Source: Schizochytrium sp. TIO01
Lineage: Eukaryota > Protista > Bigyra: Labyrinthulomycetes
Assembly: GCA_004764695.1 (NCBI GenBank)
Contig: SMSO01000014.1
Coordinates: forward strand, 6,066,029 to 6,130,028
Reading direction: 5' to 3'
DNA: 64,000 bases
The position numbers and the translations under genes were made by a program. This document shows positions 33,502 through 46,565 of this stretch, piece by piece. How positions within the stretch are numbered: the stretch's first letter is position 1; each line of letters opens with the position of its first letter. A model generated the notes under the pieces. It had not been told where the DNA came from, did no database searches, and saw only the letters and a program-made list of their open reading frames with translations.

Positions 33502-36500
33502 TTATTGTCTTGCAACTCATAATAAACTCTTTGCTATCATCATACAGGCAACTTTAAAAAACCACACACAAAAATCAAGAAAGCCGCATTGTTTTACAAA
33601 GAAATTGCCTAAAACCTCACAGTCTCAAAACAATTTTCTAATGTAACACATGATCTATTATTTAAGCAAGTTACCTGCTGATTGCTATATTTCATTGCGA
33701 TGGCATTTGTAACTCATGTTTGTTTTACAAGAGAAGGCTAAGGCTTGAAATGCAAGTGTCATTAACAATTGCAAATATGTGCACCATTGGAGGCAGCTAA
33801 TTGCTAGCGCTCCTTTGATTAGAGTAAAGATCTTACGATCACTACTTGTAGAGCAACTTGACGATCACTACTTGAAGCTATTGATGAATCATTTTATATT
33901 GACTTAGGTGAGAGACTCAGGTGAAGAACTCAAAAAAAATATCTGATATTTGATCCTATAGCAACACCTCTCTCTCTTTCACACTCTTTGCGTAGTATAT
34001 ATTACAAATCACCAGACCTTTCAAAAATGCAAGAGCTTAAGCCTATCCATGCGCTCTTCTGCAAATGTCATACTGCTCTCATTAGACCGGTATTGTGATT
34101 AGGAATTTAAACATGGAAATGTGCGTTGGCAACCTATATTTGATTAAGGTTTGCCATGCTTTATATCCAATGACTACTACACATTGTGTTCTGAAAGAAT
34201 TGCGGGGCTAGAGATTAAGGTCTAACTGAGCCGACGCCACTTGAGCACGATTGAATGTTCCTTTTACAAAGTGACCAGGCTGCATGTCATATATTCTTCA
34301 CTTCAAAATGGAAAGGGACGTCGCGTTTGTGTCGACATGCGTAACTTTGACTCCACCAAAGCAAGAGAGCATACATACTAGCATAGTACCATGGTAGGTA
34401 ACAATTGCAAGGAGGTTCTTCACTTCATTTTCAACATAAATTGTCTGGAGATATTGGTTAGTACGGCATGCATGCGTCCTCAAGAGCAACTTGACGAAAC
34501 AACTTGTTCAGGAGCAAGAGCTATCTGAAGGGAGGATTGTGACCCGAAAGGTTATATAATATGTTGTCTTGATACCTTTTTGTCGGGGTTAGATGAATCA
34601 TAAATGAGAAGGCACATACAACAGAGAAAAGGGAATGAGTTTTGGGGAGGGGGTTCCCTTGAAAACAAGTTTCAATTAGATCTCGCGTAGCGCCCAGTTT
34701 GCTACAAAGTCTGCAAGCCAGGCATATTTTTGACAAAAGCAGATTTTAATTAGTCTGCAGGCATTGTGTATATGCAGCTTTGCTAAGTAAGAACCAGCCC
34801 GTAATAGTATTCAACATCAGCTTAGTTAGATCTTTAAGCCATATAGTTTCCATCTCAGATTTTGTTTGTAGGGGTCAAAACTTTCGATTTCAACAGAATT
34901 TGAGGGTAGTGTTTGGAACGAAATCAGCTTAGACGCACTCGCTATTTGCTTTGTGCACGTCTTTACTAGTTTCAAAGAACCATTGTCGTGGTTTAGCGCA
35001 TTAAGTCTGCATTTATTTAACAAAACTTGCTCCACCTGAGTACTTTGTGGTTACTTAGGCGTCAATAGTTTGCTCATCGGTCACTGCGCCAGAGCACTGT
35101 TGTTCGAGTTTGCACGCTCATGTATTGCGGAGAGACTAAAAGATGTTTTAAAGTGTGCACGTGAAGTTCTTTTTCTTGGATTGCAACTTTACACATGTTA
35201 TTTTACCTTTCTCATCGATCGAACCACTCGAAACTCCTCTACTAAAAAGAGGCGCATTCCCTTACAAGAGAAACTCACGTCGAAGGAAATCACTAAGTGC
35301 TTTCTTACAGGAAACAACTTGATATCAAGCTCCTCATTGCGTAGTTTCTTCGGCCGTATCTACATTAAGGAATGGACTCCATAAACCTGAGTTACCTTTC
35401 CTGGTATAGAGCATTTGTACAATATAGGAAATAAAGGAGCTAAACCTAATATTGAAGTCCTGAAAGATTTTCGAACGCAAATGAGCAGCTTTCGAAAGTT
35501 CTCCCATTTTTAATCAAGCTGTACCTATAAACTCTATTTTTTTTTTTTTTCAATTTTAAGACTGTGAAATTCGTTTCGTTTAGGCTAATACCTGAGAAAT
35601 AGTAAGTGTGGCACTTAAAGATACGAGGCAAACATTTTGCTTTGGCGTGACCCAAGCAGCCTCTGAAGAGCAAGTTTTACGGTACTTTTGTTTCAAGTCA
35701 TATCTTCTACTTGACCACGCGTGATACACATTGAGTCATTGCTGTCAGGGGTCCGTGTGAACGCCAAAATAAGTGTTGTTTCTCGAGTGTATTCAGCAAA
35801 GCTATATGTACTTATGTTTTGTTTTTATTTAATTCACTGAATAAAAAAGCATTAAGATGAAAAAATCGGTCTTTTAAAATTGTTCGCGAGGCCCATTTTC
35901 AGATGTTAGATGTCTTTTCACTGACAGAGACTCACACACAAAAAACACTAGTGCTGTCAGGTGCTGAATGGCTTTGGAAGTAAAGAGCCGTAATGCAAAC
36001 ACGTCTGCGCAAAATGCATTCACAGCTCTATCTATTAGGTTCTATGTTCTTCTTTTACTATCACGATGTTCTACCAAGAAGATCATTTTCGGGGCCGCTT
36101 TCGGAATCTACGTTCTCCTTCTCCGCAAAAGATTATTCTGAATAAATTTATACCTGATCTGACTGACCTCTTAGTCCTGATGTTTTTCTCCTTTACCAAT
36201 TCAACGCTGCTCAATGATTTTTTAAGTGTATTAACCTGCTCTCGGTAGGCTATATCTTGTAATATAAGTAAGTACCTGCTAGGTTTCCCGCAAAGTGTAG
36301 ATTTATTGTTCTTCCAATGGTATTTTCTTTTTAAAAAAGATACTCTGGTAGAAATCCTTGTATCAAAAAAAACTCTTAGAACTTTTACTGTCAAGCCTTT
36401 CGTACGTAGATAGGTACCTACTAGCTTAAGTGGCTTGGAAAAGTCGACCATAGCACTTTGACACCGACGTAGGATCACGTACCTTTTTTTACGGATCCCA

Positions 36501-38412
36501 CCCACTATGAAGATTAAAACTTTCAGAAAATTCAGGAGGAGGGCTCTTTTTTATTTTTGTTTCATCAGGATAAAATAGATGTTCAGATAGGCCATGCCCT
36601 TTATGATGAGATGGTCCTACTCAATTCTAGTAGTGCATGAATAATTCGAGTAAGTAATTTTTATGTTGAGTTTTCAGTCGCAGACGGACTCGGTCCGGAA
36701 TCTCTCAGCCGAGTCACGAAGAAACAGAATTTGCATGAGCTACTTCTAGTAGTATCATAAGGGATGTCCCGGAGTCACATATGGTACGAGCTGGAGAATC
36801 CGAATTAATTTTGATCTTGGCTAACCCCCTCAAATGTGCAAGCAATATCATCATATAGCATTCTACTATTCCAAGTTAGCTATCTATATATTTAATAGTT
36901 CCAGTATCAAAATATTTTTCTTGTCGTAGGCAAATAGGTGTATGATGATTTGCGATTGGGCTGTCGGACAAGGTTTGGGAGAGCCTTTTCTGCCAAAGCA
37001 AACAAGTTAGTAGGAATAGGAATAACCTCTGGCTACTTTTATCGTAATTCTGGGGGACCCGTAAGGGATTTAAGGTTTCTTACGTTTTAAGTTCTCCATA
37101 GAAACTAATTCTATTTTCTAGAACCAGAAATATAGAAGAAAAAAATGACTCAGGAATATCTCGGTCAAAACATTCCTTATTATGAGGTACAGGGTAAACT
37201 AGCAATATCCGAAGATTACATATGTTCAAGTCTAAAAGTCTATGTGCTTGGAGAAAGAAAAGAGCAACTTCTCGGCTCAATGAAGATGCATTTTTGACAC
37301 CACTGTCCCAGGTTCAGTTTTTGTAAAAAAGTAAAGAGTTGAATTTTACCTATGTTTGCGGAATAAGGTATCTGCTAGTGGAATTTCAAGAAAGCGATTC
37401 TGGTTGTTTAGTTCATGCTGGTAGTATTGCGGAAACGTCCCCATTTTCTTTTTAATGGTCTCGGACGCCCCAAATGGTCTGATCCTGGAAGAACCTCATT
37501 TGGAAATATACTCTTGATAAATGCAAGGCGTAATTTATGCGAAACACCAGAAAATATGCACAGGATGAACTATTTGGGAGGTTAAAAAAGGGGAGAAGCT
37601 TATCACTAAGATCATCTGCATAAAGGAAAACTTATTATGTACATTTACAAGCTCGAGAGGCTATAAGCTCAATGATGTAGCAATGGCAAGCGGTCAAGAG
37701 GTCAAGAGGTCGTGAGTTAATTCATTTATGACACTGCTTCCCTTTGCTTATCAAGTTTACTCTAGCACAAGTCGTTTCATGTGTCGACTCTGGATGTTCC
37801 TAGAGAAAATTTTTTAATGAATAATTCGCATTTATTACTATGACTATTCTTAACAACGAGATATTTTCTGTGTTTACACAGATGAATATTTAGTAACTTT
37901 AAATGGATGAATGAATGAGAGAGTGAACGCGAACAAAATCCTCAGATATTGAATCACAAACCAAGAAGAAACAAAGTAAGTTTGTATATTTCCAATGAGT
38001 TTTTAGAAGACAAGTTTAAACGCAGTTTTCTTCGTTATGAAGTGAAGCACCTAGGGCTAGTGTAACCTAATTTAGCAACTCATAAGTGATTAAAATTTAA
38101 ATATCTCTTGGTCAGATACCATTGGCAGATATGGATGGCCATATGTTAGTTAAGGACACAGGAGGTCAGTCGTTTTGTTATCGCCTGTCAAAGGATTCTA
38201 TGAGACCTTTTACTAAGGGTATAACTCAATTCCGAACATTTTCTACCCAGATCATTAGTACGAAGTAATATTTTTGATTGAGGTACTAATAGGTGAGGTG
38301 GCTGATAGTTCGAACTGGGCTTCTATAAAACAGAAACAATTCCCAAACAGCCAAGTGCCGAAAAACACTGTCATAACGAAGTAGAACGAGAGTAATACAG
38401 AAGCGAATTACA

Positions 38413-39769
38413 ATGCAGGTTTTTCTGAATATAGTTCTTGTGGCAACTTTGCTCGAATTGGTGCAGAGTACTTCTCTGCGCGAAACAGTACAGCTCGCGC
38501 TTGACGAGGCAAATGACAGTACTCTCCGTGGATCCCTGCAGCAAGCTCTCCAAGAGGCTGGAACGAAATCATATGCACAGACTTGTGCGCAAAAGAGCGA
38601 CCCAGTCTGCTATGAACTTCTTGACACTTGGTGGAACACTCGCGAAGCACAGAAAGGACGTGCTGCATTGAGCGTGTTGGACGAGCAGTGTGATACTTTT
38701 ACTGATTTTGCAGATGCTTGCAATGATATGACTCAGCGCACACTTGCGAATACTAACACAACTATATACGCCAAGATTGTTGCTGACCCAGAGCTTCAAA
38801 CGATAGCGTGTACCATGGTTGGAGCACACAGCAAGCGATGCATTGGCAATCCGTGCAACCATTACAGTAAGTTCTGAGTAATGAAGGTTTTGAGTACCCG
38901 ATTGACATAATAATACTGACTAAATTCTTTCACACAAATGTCTCACGCAGATGTAAGTAAAGGGATGAGGAACAATCCGTGCCAGAGAAGGGATCTTTAT
39001 GCAAAGATAGCACAAGCTAACAAGCTGTAGCATGTTTAATGTAAGCAGTTGGGCAACTGTACGATTCAAGAGACTCAAGGACAGTGTTTCTGGTACACAA
39101 CAGCTATGGTGAAGCAAGTCAATAAATATTATGATGCTCACCCCGAAATTGATGCATCTAAAATTCCTGGCCATGGATGCTACCGCAACCCTTGTAATCT
39201 TCCTGGCGAAGGTAAGTTTTCAAGAAATTGAAATAATCTCTCTTAAATGTTTGACATTGTATGACTTACTATAGGTTACCACACAGGTTCAACAATTGAC
39301 AAGTGCCCAGGGCTGAGTACGGACATATTCACTTGCACCTATTGCAAAGGCCCTGGTGACAAGTGTCTTAAGGGAAGGGGTATGGGTTGCCAGTTGACTA
39401 CGCCAACAACCTCAGCAGAGTGTGCTTACGTAAACGATAACGATGTGGCAAAGGCGAGTATTTGGGAAAGGGTCGACCAGTAAGTCAATATCCTGTGAGA
39501 GGGTAGGTTGTTGATTTATAAAGTTGATACTAACTCTGACTGGTTTCGTTACAAAATCTAGACAGAACTGCCAGTGCTCGGACTTATTCACTCAATGCAA
39601 TAGCACTATATATGTAAGTTGCGTGCAACACTATGAAATTCATGAATATAATTGCAAGCTAACTCTTTGTGATTGATTTTAAAATGGATCGAACTTAAAT
39701 TTTCTCTGGAATTGTCGTGCGCAGCCTGATGGTACTAGGAGTGGTGCGTTTCAGCAGCGTTACGCTTAG
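38413..39769 (+). CDS. Secreted cysteine-rich protein (306 aa); 6 exons including a 2-nt microexon
   Basis: join(38413..38866,38951..38952,39049..39211,39275..39479,39562..39613,39725..39769) = 921 nt, open to TAG. All five donors are GTAAGT. Signal-peptide-like N-terminus MQVFLNIVLVATLLELVQS. Confidence 0.8.
38951..38952 (+). other. 2-nt microexon (AT)
   Basis: ...tctcacgcAG|AT|GTAAGT; completes codon A|AT (Asn) between a phase-1 donor (38867) and a phase-0 acceptor (39048). Confidence 0.78.
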
Positions 39770-40504
39770 AAGAGTCAAGCCTAGAATAGCATTGCCAGAA
39801 AGGGCTGTCAGTTGGAGACGACCTACCTGGCAAGGACAACTATACCCCAAACTACTCTCAAACCAGTTTCTTAACTTTGATATTCTGAAATGCATAAATT
39901 GAGCTTTCTCTTATTTGCTTTCTGGACGCTCCTTCAGCTTCCGCTTATCTACCAGCCTACTTTTATCAGCTATACACACTTTATACGCTAACCTGTAAAG
40001 AAGCGAAGTGAAAGTAATTATCATATGGCAAACTAGCACTATTGCTACCATCTTAGAGTCTTACTTTTCCTATGGGCACTAGGTCTTTTGATGTTTTTTT
40101 TGAAAACATGTTTACCCGATATCGCACTGGAGAATATTATGGTCGACAAAATATCTAAAATATCTCGAGACATACTTTTTGCGAGCAATTTTTAAAAGTG
40201 TATTCAAAAGCTTTCCTCGACACAGTGCATTGAAGATAGGAAGAGAAAACACAAAACACATTATTCTCATCATCTTAATTTGAAAAGTGCAGTAGGTCGG
40301 CGAACTGAGATGAGTTGTCATGCTCTAGCAATCATATTGCTAATATTTCGTGAAGGAGATAGTGTTGAAGATTGGAGTAGCAAGATTTGGGAAATAGCAC
40401 TTAAACAAGGTTTAATAGATTTATAAGGGGAATAGAGACTCAATACGCTGCATCAGTTTTGATGTCGTTTTGAAAAAGTGAGCTTAGAAAAAGCTTAATA
40501 CACC

Positions 40505-41902
40505 TCAGAAGGTAGCTTTGGTGCCAATAAGATGCTCGCGAGTAATCATGTTAAGAATCTGAGCCTCTTCCTCGGGTGTTTCAGGGACCTTGAAGTCCTT
40601 GGGCTTCTGAGGAACCACCATGTAGCGCGCATCGGCGGTAGAATCATGTACACGGACCTGCTGATCATCAGGAATGTGTGTGCCAAACTCCTCAAGGAGC
40701 TTGCGAGGTTCACGCACAGCGCGTGCACGGTAAGAGCGAGCCTTGTACCAAGAAGGAGCAGGTCCCAAAAGACCGCCCGGGTAGCAGCTACAGAGAGTAC
40801 ATACAATAAGGTTGTGCACATTGTCATCGTTGGCAACGACAATTAGGCGGGTGGGTGCGTTCGGGTTCCCACCATCGAAACCAAGCTCGGCAACGGCTGC
40901 GTTACCATCCTTAAGGAGGCGTTCGAAGAAACCTTCGTCCTGCCATGCCTTGAGTACAACCTTGGCACCATTCATGACGCTACCTTTGGTCTCACCGCCT
41001 TCGACGACCTTTTGGAGGTCTTCCATGGTATAAACACCCTTTGCAACAAGAGCATCGATGAGACCATTGCCGAATTGCTCGTCAGCAGCGGCCGGGCCTT
41101 CCATATCTCCTTCGCGCTCGAGAGCGACCTTCTCAACGATGGTGCGTTCCTCGTGAACGTGGTCATGCTCTCCCTCACCGTGGCTGTGGCCATGGCTGTG
41201 GCTGTGGCCATGGTGATCGTGATCGTGATCGTGGGAGGTAGCGTTGGTGGGGCGAGATTCCTTTTGGGCCTTGAACTCGGCTTCAGTTGCAGGAATCAAC
41301 CAGGGCTCGTAGATATCCATGTCAAGAGTGTCGTTGTCGCCGCCGACAAAGTTGGTCCAAAGGTCTTTCTGGTTAAAGCGAACGCGGTAAAGGTCCTGGT
41401 CTGGGGCTTCACGACGGAAGGCCAAGAGCTCGGGGGCTTTGAATGAGCCGACAAGACGCTCGATCTGGCCGACAACACCGAAGATGTAGCCTGGGGTACG
41501 CAAGTGAGGGCGAATGAAGCTGGTTTTAAAGCTTTCGCTACGTACACGTACATAGTCTCCAGCCTTGTACTCGTTCTTGATAACTTCAGGAGGCTCCGGG
41601 AAGATAAACTTGCTCACATCCTCGTTGGTGAGCACGCCACGCTCGACCAGAATTGCAAGCATGGAGCGAGCCCACTTACCGTAGTAGGTGCAGTTCTTGT
41701 AAACTTGCTCAGGCAAGTTCTCGACACCACGACGCATTTCATCAGTTGTAATGTATCCACGCTGGGCCAAAATGCCAAGCGTGGCATGGACGCGGCGCTC
41801 CCAAAGGGCCATCGGGGAGTCAATGGCTTTGCCATCAAAGCACACAGTGTCATACGCTTCTTCGAGGCCACCGACATCGTGTTGTCCGATTCGAGAAGCC
41901 AT
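40505..41902 (-). CDS. Fused nitrile hydratase (beta subunit - His-rich linker - alpha subunit), cobalt-type motif
   Basis: Beta: HDVGG, WERR, DEMRRGVE, YYGKW, HLRTPGYIFG, LYRVRF, DIYEPWL. Alpha: GAKVVLKAWQD, HNLIVCTLCSCYP, PSWYKARSYRARAVREPR, VRVHDSTADARYMVVP. Intronless with strong codon bias. Confidence 0.95.
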   Translation of the reverse strand: MASRIGQHDVGGLEEAYDTVCFDGKAIDSPMALWERRVHATLGILAQRGYITTDEMRRGVENLPEQVYKNCTYYGKWARSMLAILVERGVLTNEDVSKFIFPEPPEVIKNEYKAGDYVRVRSESFKTSFIRPHLRTPGYIFGVVGQIERLVGSFKAPELLAFRREAPDQDLYRVRFNQKDLWTNFVGGDNDTLDMDIYEPWLIPATEAEFKAQKESRPTNATSHDHDHDHHGHSHSHGHSHGEGEHDHVHEERTIVEKVALEREGDMEGPAAADEQFGNGLIDALVAKGVYTMEDLQKVVEGGETKGSVMNGAKVVLKAWQDEGFFERLLKDGNAAVAELGFDGGNPNAPTRLIVVANDDNVHNLIVCTLCSCYPGGLLGPAPSWYKARSYRARAVREPRKLLEEFGTHIPDDQQVRVHDSTADARYMVVPQKPKDFKVPETPEEEAQILNMITREHLIGTKATF

Positions 41903-44900
41903 TTTGCTTCTTTACCTTCGCGTTAAATTCTTACCGCGCCAGAGATAGTTCTCGCTCAAGATCCAGAGGGTTTCTTCAACGCACTGGAGTTACAGGTTTG
42001 CTTCAACTCGGCCCAAATCCTGTTCGTTTGGCTCATTATTACCTATTTCCATCTCAGATAACATTGACTAGTCTTAGGTACCTTCTATTCAATAATTTAT
42101 CATTATTGTTATCACAAAGTTTTAAAATAGAAAAAATCTATTCTAGTTATGATACGCGCTATCATGATTCTTACGTTTAAATGTATTATCTACCTGCTTA
42201 CTCATAAGTAAGTATAGGTAAGGTAGGTAAGGTAGGTGTGATAGGTAGTACCTTCCTACTGCTGCTCTTTAATCTCATTTAATTAAAACAAATAAAACAA
42301 AAAATAAAAAGGAAGGGTTTATTGAAAGCAGCTTATAAGCTTTGTTTTTCTTCTTTAAAAATAAAATAAAAATAATAATTAGTAGTAAATAAGACTAAAA
42401 TAGAGTGCAAGATGGAGTAGAAGCAAACTCGGAGGGAAAACTATGTCTTCGACAAAAATCTTGAAAGCAACGAACGCAGTTGCATAAAATAATTTTGATT
42501 CTTAACCATTCTTGCGGCCGAAGTCTAGTCTAGCTGCTTTAGAAGACCACTTTGGCTCATTGACTCACTCATGAATAAGAGCGTCGACGAATAAAGATAA
42601 AATAAAATGTGCAGAAGATGATAATTTTAGTGGCTCCAGACAATTTGTCATCACATACCTAGGCACCTCAGCCTTCGGGAAGGCAAGCACCGGCGAACTG
42701 CCAGTCTATCAACGAGCTTTGTCGTTGGAGTCGAGAGACGCATTAGTTAAGGAAGAGCTTGGCGTTTCTCCGAGTCACCTCAGGAAGCAAGCACGAACAG
42801 TCGAAGTTCTCGACCCATCGCCTCCGTTATTTAGTTTTAATACACTTTGCACATCATGGAAGACTTGGTAGACATGCCAAAGTATTCGCCACAGGTAGAA
42901 TTTATCACCAGAACCTGGCCTCGAAAATGACTGAGTCATAGTACGGCCTGGGTTCTTCTTGAATTCCATGCCTCGCAGCTTCCCTCTCGCACGGTTTCAT
43001 AAATCTTCGTCCAGCGAGATGAATTGGCGAATGCCGTCGAAAACAACGCCAAAAGAAACGAGAAGGAGAAGTGATGTAGTACTTAGATAAAGTTGAAGCC
43101 AAATAATGATAGATTCATCAAATGGAATCTCTCAAAGTACCACATTATCTGGTTTAGAGTTTCTACATCGCGCTGGCAGAGTAGCATTTCACTTTATTTA
43201 TGTACGCTGGAAACGCCTCGAAGCACTCGATAGACAGCGACTCTGCCGCCATCTCTGGCAGCACCGCAAATTCTAGTCGCAAATCTTGACCACCATCTAC
43301 ACTTCAACATCTGTTGTTGTACCTGAAACTTGAAGCAAAAACCACAATCATAGCGGAAGCATTCCTAGCAGCCACCTTCAAGTCGATCGCTTTAGTGAGG
43401 CCGCACAATGGAATCAAATCAATTAATTCACCAGGCTGGCGTTTTACAATCTTTTGTCGATGGTACAAAAGGTGATAAATGGCAGAAGTGACCCGACGTA
43501 CTGCGCAAAAAACTTCTTTCTTGAGAAAAAATTGTATTAGCTCTTGTTGCTTCTTGCCGGTGGGGGGAAAACTTCGCGCAAGCTCGCTTTCGCTTGGGAC
43601 TAAGGTTGGATTAATTTGTATCCAGTGCCAGCAACGTCGATGGGGGAAATGGTGGAAAACTGGGGCCCGAGTTTAATGCGCATGCCAGGCTCCCAGAGCT
43701 TGAAGGTAAGTTGGAGATCTTGAAGATCGTGAGTTTGAGCGAGCGCTAGGAGATGTGGTAGTGATGACCCTAGTGGTGTGCGCTTGTACTATTCTCACCA
43801 CTCCTTGGAATTGTATAAGTTGAACTCGGAGGTTAAACTGTTGTGCAAAGATATTGGTGTAGTTCTGGGAACGCAGCTGTCTGTTTCCAAGATCATTGAG
43901 CACGAGGCAGGCCGAGAGCAGGGCCTCGTGCGGGCATTGCGGATCCATGGCGAATTATTCAAGAAAGCCCGAAGGTCTCGAATGCCACTTAGAAGGCCCT
44001 GGCTCGCCAGGCCTTCTAAGTGGATTGTCAATTGCTGTGCACTGTAGACACCTGGGAACTGACTGACTGACACGCTCACAGATCATGTAGTGAAATGCAG
44101 GTGGTTCGCCAAGGTGTACATGAGCAAACCAAAGGCAATGCGAGTTCAAGGGCTTGAAGCAGCGGGCAGAAGGCACGACGACTTGAATTCTTGTCAACTT
44201 CACAATCGCTCCAGAGAACCAATTAGCAGATTGTACCTTGGTACTACCTTCTGTGTGGTATGGAGGGGTGCCACAAGACGAAATTGCATTCTCAAGATCG
44301 TCTGTAAGGTCGGGGCCGTCGTGGCGCTCTTGAGTCCTGCCAACGCCGCGACATTCACTGGCGCCAGCATCTTAATTTGAGGACCACAACTGATTTATGA
44401 ATTCAACAACTTTGAAGTTAACGAATCACAGCCACTCTTCCATAAGCTTGGATATCCTAGAATTACTTTTGGGAGTACGGACTTACGATGACTTTTCGTA
44501 GTACATAGCATTGTGCTCTCCAGAGGCAGCTATCTATGTTCGTAGCACCATCCAAGCCTATTATACTTAAACTCGTAACAAAAGCAGAATACATTCAACT
44601 GGTGGTGATGTGATCAAGGGTTGTGGGGTTTCCAAGTCTCCAGAACCCGGCTCGGCTCTTCTTCTTTTGTCCTGGAGAGCTATCGGGAGGGTCGTAGACA
44701 CTTTCTAAGGCCCATGACTTTTTGATGGCAACAGCACTCAAATGAGAGCACATATTATAAGTACCTACGAGGGTTGCGCACAGCCAGTTTTTGGATTGAG
44801 CGAGCACTCTAAAAGGCAGTTTGCTTGCTTCCTCATGTGCAAGTTGCTTGACAAAGCCTCATGAGCATGCGCGGATTTGGACAGATATTTGATTCGTTGT

Positions 44901-46565
44901 GTTGAGAGGTCCGTCAAACTAGATGAAAGCTTGGTGCAACTCCAGAAGCATTTCGTCATCATGGAAGGTACAATGATGTTAAATTTTAATTGGGGCCGTG
45001 ACCTTTAGAGTGAGTGTTCTTCAAGGACTTTCAGTTCTTATTTTGATCTTGGAGCATGTTCTTATGGGGCATCACGATAGGTACTAGTCAAGTAGTATCG
45101 CATCAAATCAAACACTACCAAGATCTCAGCGCTACGCTGCATTTCACCAATCCATAATCCATTACTTCATCCCCCCGAAGGAGGCAGCACGACTACTATT
45201 TTGAAGACTTTCCAAAAAAAATTCTCGAAGACGTGCGGTGTCAGTCGCGATGATCCCCAAGACCTCAAACGAATTGGAGATAGGATATTGCACAATGATA
45301 GGTAGGCTAGATAGCACCTTCAAGTTTACGAGCTTTGACTTTATGAGGAAACTTAGATACACATCAAGCACACATCACACATCACACATCACACAATCTA
45401 ATTCGCATCAAGAACATGAATCCGTCCAAAGCACCACCAGCACTGAAACAATAATCCAAGCCTTAATCACTGCTACTCGTGAGCTGAGGCGTTCTTCTTC
45501 TGAGCTCAGATTGAAATGAAACTAAAGATTTAGTTGTAATAGCCAGAGATTGACTCACAACTGTCTTGGAGCCGTAACATGCCTCGCAAGCCAGCCCCAA
45601 CTCCGATTCCAGTTCCAATTCCGCTCCAAAGCTCTGACGGCCTTGAGCGAAGTAACAGTCGTGAGCCATGGATCCTGAACCATAAATCCTGAATCATGAG
45701 GTATAAATAACGAATCATAAATCGTGATGATCTTAGTGCGACTTTTGTTTGATTGATTCAACTAAGGGAGCCTGAAGGTGTGCTTAAGGTTTACCGTAGC
45801 GGCCATTTCATTTTGCGTGCAATATACTTTCTTCTGCAGCGCAAGCTCCATCCCAAGAACAAGGGTAAAGCGCTACTGATGCTGTATCGACCAGTACAGT
45901 TTTAAACGGGTCCTGTAATATGGAAAACAAGAATGGCGCCAAGACACAAAAATTGCGAGTGCAAAGTGATCTGAGGCGTAGTTTATTTATTAGAGGAAGG
46001 AATAGGAATTCGGACTCCTAGCGGATGATTGCTTCCTAACCAGATACTTACTAGTTCCATAATCTTCGGAGCCAGTGCTGATGCGCTGCACTTTGTAAAC
46101 TTTGCTACTGTTTATTGATTTATTTATGCTAGTGTACCTATCCTGTTCGCCATGTCGCCGCGGGAATGCGAGCTTTTTCTGTTTGCACGAGGCTCAAGAC
46201 ACTAGGGGAGGTTTTGATGCATTTTTAGCAGCAAAATGATGCACTGCTGTGCGCAACGCATTTTCAAAGCGAAGCGATAGAAGTACACACCATCTAATCC
46301 CCGGAATCCTCCAAGTTCGAGTTAGCTCATCGATCGACGACATTGGAGTTGGCTCTGTCTGTTGAGAATTAGCAATCGCCAAGCTGACTTGGGGTGGAGA
46401 TGGGGATCCTCTCGCCACTGCTGTAGTCATTTTAGTGTAAATATTAGCGAGAAGTAGAGTTTCATTATTGGGGAGAACTTCGCACAAAGGCATCGATCGT
46501 AGGTGGATTGAGCTGTTATTTCTTCAGGTTGTACCTGAGGAAAGAAAGGACGAGAGAGGAGGTGA

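Noticed and set aside
37370-37460. LVHAGS resembling a Tc1/IS630-like transposase motif
   Set aside because: The surrounding residues do not fit, the frame closes quickly, and I found no terminal inverted repeats.
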